This document shows positions 57,695-64,000 of a stretch of DNA of 64,000 nucleotides, one piece after another. This DNA is from a bacterium (GTDB lineage: Bacteria > Zhuqueibacterota > Zhuqueibacteria > Oceanimicrobiales > Oceanimicrobiaceae), in NCBI GenBank assembly GCA_046757025.1, contig JBHHXN010000012.1, forward strand, positions 1 to 64,000. The letters are read 5' to 3'. Numbering within the stretch: the first letter of the stretch is position 1; each line of letters starts with the position of its first letter. Both the position numbers and the translations under genes were made by a program. The notes under the pieces were generated by a model that was given only the letters and a program-made list of their open reading frames with translations, was not told the DNA's origin and searched no databases.

Positions 57695-60508
57695 CTATTT
57701 CATGAGGATCATCTTTTTCACGGAGCTGAAATCATTGACACGGATTTTATAGAAGTAAAGACCCGATGAAAGTTTGTCCGCACGAATAACCACACGGTGC
57801 TGACCCGCTTCCATGTTGTCATCGATCACTTTCAGAACTTCCTCTCCAAGAGCATTGTAGATGATCAAGCTGACATGCCCGGCCGCTTTCAAATCGAAGC
57901 GGATAGTGGTAGCAGGATTGAATGGGTTGGGATAGTTCTGCTCTAACTCATAGTCCGTTGGAATCACATCAGAGAAGGTTTCGCTCACCGATGTGACCAG
58001 CAGATTGAATTCACCCGAATAGCCGCTTTCGTTACCGGCAAAATCAAAAGCCGACAAGCGATAGTAGTAGGTGGTGCCGACGGCTACTTCCGAATCCACG
58101 AATGAATTGCCCGTCACGGTGGCATGCGGTTCGAGGGTACTCGGATCAAATCCTGACGAGGTGCTGCGATAAAGGGCAAAGTAGTTGAAATCTTCGTCAA
58201 CGGCTTCGTCCCAGTCCAGCTCAACACCCGCTGTGACTTCCTGACCGGCAAGATTGGTGGGTTCGGCGGGTGCCAGATTGTCCACAGAATAACCGCTGTC
58301 CGGCATGGAAACCGCCTGCACTGCCGGCATGGCGGTATGACCCGAAACCACAAACACCGACCAGTGTACGCCATCGGCAGCCGTGGAATCATATAAGGTC
58401 GGCGCAATCGCACTGTACATATCATGGCCTGCAGCTTGCACGGAACCAACGAAATCCCAGAGATTATCACCGATTTGCAGCCTGGCGCCTATTTTAAAGG
58501 CTTTCAAAGCTGTAACTGTCATATCAAATGATTCATAAGTTGCCAAATTCTGCTCAGAAGCCTTGCCAGCATCATCCACACGGCGCCACATTGCATAGGA
58601 TTGAATCGGGTTGGCACCAACGCCATCGCCACCAAAGCGGCCCCAAACCATTCTCACTTGTTTACCTTGATCGTTAGGCACATCTGTAATGGATGTGATC
58701 AGGCCGGCGCCAAGGGAACCCGTAGTCAAAGCCTGGTGTGCAACTCGAAGAAGATTCATGGCAAATTGAAAATTGTGTACACCGTAGCTGCCGTCATTTC
58801 GTACAAAAAAGTAGTTATAGGCCGCCTTTAAGTAAAGTTTCCGCAAAGCGATTTCTTCGGGTGTTAATCCCTCCACTGAGGGATCATAATCATCCACTGT
58901 CACCACAACGGCTGGATCGCCAAGAGGCGGTAAAAGCCTACCAAGAGCATCTAACATACCTTTAATTTCATCTTGCACACCTTCAATGGCGCCATCAGCA
59001 TCGAAATCTCTTTTTGCCTTGATATCAGCAAAAGAAGTGATGGTACCATGGCAATCTTGACAGGCTTTAACGTTATAAACATCATCGGTAGGATCTTCTG
59101 GCGTTCCGCCATCCCAGTGCATGTTCCATGTGTGATCACCAATCCAGTGTTCTCCGGGTTCTCCAGCTCCAGGTGTTTCAGCCATATGGCATTGAACACA
59201 TGATTCTTCCACAACTAACCGATGATTCGAACTCGGAATGTGCAATCCAAATGTGATGGCATTCTTGCCGGCGAGCATATCTGCCTGGGGATTGCCATGA
59301 GGACCGTAATAAGAATGATATTCTTGTGCATAAACTTCGGCATCTCTTCGTGAGTGGTGGCACTGCATGCAGAGCTTGCCCAAACTTCCGAAAGTAATCA
59401 TTTCGCCATTTGTAAGTTCAATATCTTCTACAGTACGAATTTGATGCTCGTTTTTCTTACTGTGTGGATCATGGCAAGCCGCACAAGAAATATTACCCGG
59501 TGTTTTGGGATTGTGTTCTAAACTACCATCAATTCTTTCAATAAAGCCGGTGGCACTATGGCAACCGCCACATGAAGCGCGGGTCGGAGCGCCATGAGCT
59601 CCGGTTATTTGATCAAAACTATGTGCCGACCTCTTCCACTGGGTACTTCTCCAATGGTATGGTAATTCATCATGGCACTTTCCACACATACCGTCCTCAA
59701 TTGTGACATCAGTCCTGGTTTTATCACCTTTGTGAAGGCTTCCAGGGCCATGGCAGTTTTCACATTGAATATTCGAAACATGAGCAAGTTCTGGGAAATC
59801 CGTCACAATTGTATCCCAAACAGCGGGAACACGATTAACTGGAAACGTCCAGCCCAGTGCTTTTTGAACATCGTCAAAACCGCCATTGACAGCGGTGGGC
59901 TCGTCATTATATCCAACCGTATGGCATTCGATACAAGATTCAATGTAAAAACCGTGATCAATGCCCGAAATGGCTCTTGTAAATTTGGTGGCGTGACCAG
60001 TATCCTGCCATTCGGCTTCTTTGTCAGCGTGACATACCGCACATTGTCCCTTGGCAAAACTAGGATTCAGTCCGCCAACCGTTCCCACTCCGACATATTC
60101 AGCACCTGTGATTGTTACAGTGGTGTCTGCATTTCCAGAAGCGGTGGTTATGGTCAATCCAACCTCATATTGACCAGCAGTATCCGGTCGAAATGTCACC
60201 ATTTCTGTGTCAGTTGCATCCAGAGCTGCATTTGAACCGGCTGGTCCAATCAGTGTCCAGGCATAGTTTGTGACTTCCTCCCCACCGGCTTCTTTTCCTG
60301 AGAGATAAACCAATTCTCCTACCCCAACCACCTTGAGTCCTGTTGAAGGGGAGTGGTATTTGGACGTATCGATCGCTCCATCGTGAAGCTCCTGATGACT
60401 GATTGCCTCAACCACAATAACCGCTTCCGTCGTCTGGACTGCCTTGATAGCAAATACCGCTATTATGCACACCAATGCAGCCGCAATTACAAATTTCATA
60501 CGCTTCAT
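57695..60508 (-). CDS. Nonaheme cytochrome c with Ig/PKD-like N-terminus, FnIII domain and T9SS-type C-terminal domain
   Basis: 9 CxxCH; NDGSYGVHN; DNLAPAEP.NL...YYYRLSAFD.AGNES (FnIII); QNYPNPFNPATTI...LSSGLYFYKI...KKMILMK. Confidence 0.88.
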   Translation of the reverse strand: MKRMKFVIAAALVCIIAVFAIKAVQTTEAVIVVEAISHQELHDGAIDTSKYHSPSTGLKVVGVGELVYLSGKEAGGEEVTNYAWTLIGPAGSNAALDATDTEMVTFRPDTAGQYEVGLTITTASGNADTTVTITGAEYVGVGTVGGLNPSFAKGQCAVCHADKEAEWQDTGHATKFTRAISGIDHGFYIESCIECHTVGYNDEPTAVNGGFDDVQKALGWTFPVNRVPAVWDTIVTDFPELAHVSNIQCENCHGPGSLHKGDKTRTDVTIEDGMCGKCHDELPYHWRSTQWKRSAHSFDQITGAHGAPTRASCGGCHSATGFIERIDGSLEHNPKTPGNISCAACHDPHSKKNEHQIRTVEDIELTNGEMITFGSLGKLCMQCHHSRRDAEVYAQEYHSYYGPHGNPQADMLAGKNAITFGLHIPSSNHRLVVEESCVQCHMAETPGAGEPGEHWIGDHTWNMHWDGGTPEDPTDDVYNVKACQDCHGTITSFADIKAKRDFDADGAIEGVQDEIKGMLDALGRLLPPLGDPAVVVTVDDYDPSVEGLTPEEIALRKLYLKAAYNYFFVRNDGSYGVHNFQFAMNLLRVAHQALTTGSLGAGLITSITDVPNDQGKQVRMVWGRFGGDGVGANPIQSYAMWRRVDDAGKASEQNLATYESFDMTVTALKAFKIGARLQIGDNLWDFVGSVQAAGHDMYSAIAPTLYDSTAADGVHWSVFVVSGHTAMPAVQAVSMPDSGYSVDNLAPAEPTNLAGQEVTAGVELDWDEAVDEDFNYFALYRSTSSGFDPSTLEPHATVTGNSFVDSEVAVGTTYYYRLSAFDFAGNESGYSGEFNLLVTSVSETFSDVIPTDYELEQNYPNPFNPATTIRFDLKAAGHVSLIIYNALGEEVLKVIDDNMEAGQHRVVIRADKLSSGLYFYKIRVNDFSSVKKMILMK

Positions 60509-60553
60509 ACACACTTCCATATTTAGTTAAAAAAATAAAATTAATTTGATTAC

Positions 60554-60946
60554 TTAATTTAGTAGCGTAAATAACGCCTCCTCTACTTCAGCCAGATCGA
60601 TAGGTTTCACTGCATGAAAGGCTATTCCCTCCTGTAACACTTTGCCGCCTAACTCATTTGAGGGGTTCTTCGAAATCACCATCAACGAGACTTTGCGTCG
60701 AATTTTTCGAATAATTCGCACCATTTTCAAGCCGTTGAAATCCGAAATATCCAGATCGTAAACGATGACGTCATAATCTCTATCCAGCACTTCCAGCAAC
60801 AGGTCGGCGTCTTCCCAAACCGAGTTCAGATACAAACCTTTGCCGGAGATGACGTTCAACAATTTGCTCCGACACACCTCGTCCCCACAAGCGATGAGTA
60901 TTTTGCCGATTATTTTGGGCGTTCCACCGACGTTTTTTCTGTCCAT
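60554..60946 (-). CDS. Atypical stand-alone receiver domain protein
   Basis: KILIACGDE, VIVYD, NGLKM, VISK, VKP; close paralog of 53016-53375; start uncertain (60946 or 60976). Confidence 0.8.
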   Translation of the reverse strand: MDRKNVGGTPKIIGKILIACGDEVCRSKLLNVISGKGLYLNSVWEDADLLLEVLDRDYDVIVYDLDISDFNGLKMVRIIRKIRRKVSLMVISKNPSNELGGKVLQEGIAFHAVKPIDLAEVEEALFTLLN

Positions 60947-60965
60947 TTCAGCCGCAACTTCCAAT

Positions 60966-61355
60966 CTACCAGGCATGCATATTTTTAAATTTTTGACGTA
61001 TCGCAGATTTGAGTACCACCGCCATCGTCTCTTTTTGCAGCGGTCGCATTCCCAGGTAATAAATCCTTTCTTCGTGTAAATGGGCTTCGGTAGGCTGATC
61101 GATTTTATCGCAAATCACGATGAGCGGCAATTTAGGCCGCAGACGCCGAATCAGCCTTACCCACTGCAAACATTCGACTTTCACCTGTTTGAATTCGACG
61201 ATGGCGAATTGAAAATCTTTTTCGTGCATTTCCAGTAAAAACCCGACCATATTGTCTGCGCATACTAACTGCGTGTCCACGACTACGGAGAGGTCCTGGA
61301 AAAACGAAATGGTCCTGGCACTTTGACTGAACACGATTCCCTGGTATTTGCTCAT
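60966..61355 (-). CDS. Highly degenerate receiver-like domain protein
   Basis: FLLEM..., AIVEF (Glu at the phospho-Asp position), IRRLRPKLPLIVI, MRP; start 61355 after AAGGGA; the track's N-terminal extension overlaps the sigma54 promoter. Confidence 0.7.
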   Translation of the reverse strand: MSKYQGIVFSQSARTISFFQDLSVVVDTQLVCADNMVGFLLEMHEKDFQFAIVEFKQVKVECLQWVRLIRRLRPKLPLIVICDKIDQPTEAHLHEERIYYLGMRPLQKETMAVVLKSAIRQKFKNMHAW

Positions 61356-61384
61356 TCCCGTGCATCCCTTACAACGCGCTTTCA

Positions 61385-61400
61385 CGCAAATCCTGTACCA
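61385..61400 (-). promoter_or_regulatory. Sigma54 promoter
   Basis: Minus strand TGGTACAGGATTTGCG. Confidence 0.75.
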
Positions 61401-61520
61401 GAACGGATTAAATGGCAAAAACAGACTCTTTCATCAACTTCGTAACTCCTTAATAAACAATATCTGATTTTTTGCAATTGTAATCTTTATTAGCGCTTTT
61501 TGGCGATCAACATTGGTTGT

Positions 61521-61627
61521 GAGACATGCTTTACCCACTTTTCATTCATGATTTATTCTAACTTAATATTAATTAGTAAATTAACTTAAGTGGGTCTTGA
61601 ATTATTAATTTGTGGTAAATAAGTCTC
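61521..61627. promoter_or_regulatory. Degenerate enhancer-like boxes
   Basis: GAGACA-TGCT-TTACCC (61521) and GTGGTA-AATA-AGTCTC (61612) at the same offsets as in the other promoters. Confidence 0.45.
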
Positions 61628-61766
61628 AGATTTGGGTAACCGAGCTCAACCAATGGCCGGTCAGTTCGGGCGGTTTTTCGAATCGGAATGCCTCAGCAAA
61701 ATAATCAGCATACCCCGATCTTGAATAGGAGATTCGTTTTAGAGGCTGTATTCTCTGATTACGACT

Positions 61767-63164
61767 TCATCGCTGGGGTTGTTTGGGGTGGCGCCAGGCG
61801 TCGGCTTCCAGGCCATGCCGTTTCAGCAAGCGGTGCAAATTTCGCCGGGTCATGCCCGCTTCGGAAGCGATTTTGGTGACATTGCCGTGCAGCTTGTGCA
61901 GCAATTCTAAAAGGTATTTTCTTTCAAATCCTTCGATCAGTTTTTGCTTGGCTTCCACCAGGGTTAAATGGGTTAATGAAGAGGTGGGGATATTTTGCAC
62001 CTGAATTTGCGGGGGGAAATCGTTCATGGTGATGAGCGAGCTCTGCGATAGAGCTACAGCCCGCTCCACCATGTTTTCCAGCTCACGCACGTTTCCCGGC
62101 CAGTCATAATTGTCCAGGCAGTGCAGCACTTGCTCACTGAAGCCTTTGATTTCTTTTGGGGATGATTTCACAAACTTTCGTAAAAAATGTTCAGCCAGAA
62201 GACGAATATCGTCTTTACGTTCACGCAGGGCCGGGATGTGCATGTTGACGACATTCAGGCGATAATAAAAATCTTCGCGCAATCTACCCTCTTGCACGGC
62301 GGTTTCCAGATTGCGATTGGTTGCAGCGATAAAGCGCAAATCCACATCGATGAGCTCATCCCCCCCCAGTCGCCGTACCTTCTGATCCTGCAACACCCGC
62401 AGCAATTTCACCTGCAGCGACTCGGGCAGCTCACAGACTTCATCCAGAAAAAACGTACCGCCGTTGGCCATTTCCATCAACCCGGGCTTACGACGTGTGG
62501 CGCCGGTGAATGCGCCTTTTTCATATCCAAACAACTCGCTTTCGAATAAATTTTCAGGGAAAGCGCCACAGTTTACCGGCATGAAAGATTTGGTACGGCG
62601 GTTACTCCTAACATGAATCCCACGTGCCACGAGTTCTTTTCCGGTGCCGCTCTCACCGGTAATCATCACGCTGGCGGACGAGGTGGCCACGGTATCGATG
62701 AGCTCAAAAATACGCTGCATTTTCAAACTACGGCCGATGATATTTTCAAAGCTGTATTTTTCTTGCAACTGTTTGAGCAGCTCATGCCGCTCACAATATA
62801 AATTTCGCTGTTTCAGTCCTTTGTCCAATACAATCTTCAAATGCTCAACATCAAACGGTTTTTCTAAAAAGTCAAACGCGCCATTTTTCATGGCCGTAAC
62901 CGCACGATCGATGGTTCCAAAAGCCGTAAAAATGATGAAGGGGGTTTGCGGAATCACCTCCTGCGCTTTTTCTAATACTTTCATGCCGTTGACTTCCGGC
63001 ATAAACAGATCGCACAGGATCAAGTCAAATTCCTGCAACTCGATAATTTCAAGCGCTTGTTCGCCGCTTGTGAGTGGCACTACCTGGTGCCCCAGCGCTT
63101 TCAGGATTTCAGCACAGCCATCCAGCAATTCTTTCTCATCATCGACTATTAAAATTTCTGCCAT
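61767..63164 (-). CDS. NtrC-family sigma54-dependent response regulator
   Basis: Receiver (VDDE, ILCDLFMP, KPF), AAA+ (GESGTGKE, ESELFG, GAFTGA, FLDEV, WPGNVREL), Fis-type HTH. Confidence 0.95.
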   Translation of the reverse strand: MAEILIVDDEKELLDGCAEILKALGHQVVPLTSGEQALEIIELQEFDLILCDLFMPEVNGMKVLEKAQEVIPQTPFIIFTAFGTIDRAVTAMKNGAFDFLEKPFDVEHLKIVLDKGLKQRNLYCERHELLKQLQEKYSFENIIGRSLKMQRIFELIDTVATSSASVMITGESGTGKELVARGIHVRSNRRTKSFMPVNCGAFPENLFESELFGYEKGAFTGATRRKPGLMEMANGGTFFLDEVCELPESLQVKLLRVLQDQKVRRLGGDELIDVDLRFIAATNRNLETAVQEGRLREDFYYRLNVVNMHIPALRERKDDIRLLAEHFLRKFVKSSPKEIKGFSEQVLHCLDNYDWPGNVRELENMVERAVALSQSSLITMNDFPPQIQVQNIPTSSLTHLTLVEAKQKLIEGFERKYLLELLHKLHGNVTKIASEAGMTRRNLHRLLKRHGLEADAWRHPKQPQR

Positions 63165-63171
63165 GCGTTTC

Positions 63172-64000
63172 TTACTCCTTTGTATTTTCTTCAGGAATCC
63201 ATATCAAAAAACGGCTCCCTCTACCTTCTTCACTCTCTACATTAATTTGTCCTCCGTGTCTATCTACGATTGCTCGAGAAATGGATAAACCCAGTCCTGT
63301 GCCTTTATCTGGTGGTTTGGTGGTAAAAAACGGATTGAACAGTTTGGGGATGTTTTCCGGTTTAATGCCCGGTCCGTCATCGGTTATACAAAATTGCACA
63401 GCTGCAATTTTGTTTTTGTTTTCGATTGCTTTGATTTCAATGCAAATCTCTCCGTCGCTGCCAACCGCATCCACGGCGTTGTTCAACAAATTCAAAATTA
63501 CTTGTTGCATTTGATCGCGGTCCACTTTGAAGCGCGGCAGTCCCGTTTGCCATTTTCTCTTCACCTTAATGTTGCTTTCACGAAAACGATGTTCGACCAA
63601 ATTCAAACATTCCTCCACCATATCCACTACATCCGTGGGCTGCGGATGAAATTTGCGGTCCCGGGCAAAACGCAGGATACTCTTGGTGTAATTGCTCATC
63701 CGGCGAATTTGATCTAAAACAATATCATAGACCTTTTTGTACGGCAGGTCTTTTTGCCGCAGCATCAGGCTGTTCACCTGCGCGGAAATCACCCCGATGG
63801 GCGTGTTGATCTCATGCGCCACCGAATCCACCAGCTCTCCGATGGACGCCAACTTTGCCGCTTGATGAATCTGCTCCTGCAGCAGGTGTTTTTCTTCCGC
63901 TTGTCGTGACTGCTCTTCGGCCTGAACGCGCTGGATATTTATATATAAAATAATGATGCCTCCGAGAATGGTTCCGCTCAGCGTGATGCCCACCAGCCAA
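63172..64000 (-). CDS. Membrane sensor histidine kinase (N-terminus beyond window edge)
   Basis: TM helix, H-box AHEINTP, N-box NLLNNAVDA, DDGPG, FNPFFTTK, GTGLGL; frame open to the window end. Confidence 0.93.
   Translation of the reverse strand, partial: WLVGITLSGTILGGIIILYINIQRVQAEEQSRQAEEKHLLQEQIHQAAKLASIGELVDSVAHEINTPIGVISAQVNSLMLRQKDLPYKKVYDIVLDQIRRMSNYTKSILRFARDRKFHPQPTDVVDMVEECLNLVEHRFRESNIKVKRKWQTGLPRFKVDRDQMQQVILNLLNNAVDAVGSDGEICIEIKAIENKNKIAAVQFCITDDGPGIKPENIPKLFNPFFTTKPPDKGTGLGLSISRAIVDRHGGQINVESEEGRGSRFLIWIPEENTKE

Noticed and set aside
57426..57752. Plus-strand 108-aa ORF; likewise 38969-39301 and 61688-61879
   Set aside because: They overlap enhancer boxes, terminators or gene ends and lack coding features

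Overview
Bacterial genomic window, most consistent with an FCB-related lineage such as KSB1, Calditrichota or Ignavibacteria. This placement is inferred from the T9SS-type C-terminal domains and gene content, not from a marker gene. Positions 1-11.2 kb hold mostly + strand genes: a TPR lipoprotein, M19 and M49 peptidases, an AhpD-like/ArsS-like radical SAM pair, a phosphodiester glycosidase and small unannotated ORFs. From 11.4 kb to the end is a ~52 kb, entirely minus-strand anaerobic respiration island with 16 c-type cytochrome genes (by manual count about 101 CxxCH plus 7 CX3CH/CX4CH motifs). In transcription order it contains: (i) a histidine kinase and an NtrC-type sigma54 activator; (ii) atypical receiver proteins and two large multiheme cytochromes ending in T9SS-type sorting domains; (iii) an NfnB/GltD-like flavoprotein, a Rieske/cytochrome b complex and a QrcABCD/Act-like module; (iv) napDAGHBF flanked by two octaheme HAO-family proteins and an AlgE-like porin; (v) a second Rieske/cytochrome b complex with a nonaheme subunit; (vi) a porin-cytochrome operon with an ImcH-like quinol dehydrogenase, a third T9SS-tagged cytochrome and a CxxxY-type CcmE. 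Four sigma54-like promoters share a three-box enhancer layout at nearly identical spacing. One is followed by a decayed receiver gene not in the ORF track. Several MITE-like nested inverted-repeat elements lie in the intergenic regions. The best candidate for an undescribed system is a sigma54-controlled extracellular electron transfer pathway whose terminal cytochromes are exported by the type IX secretion system.
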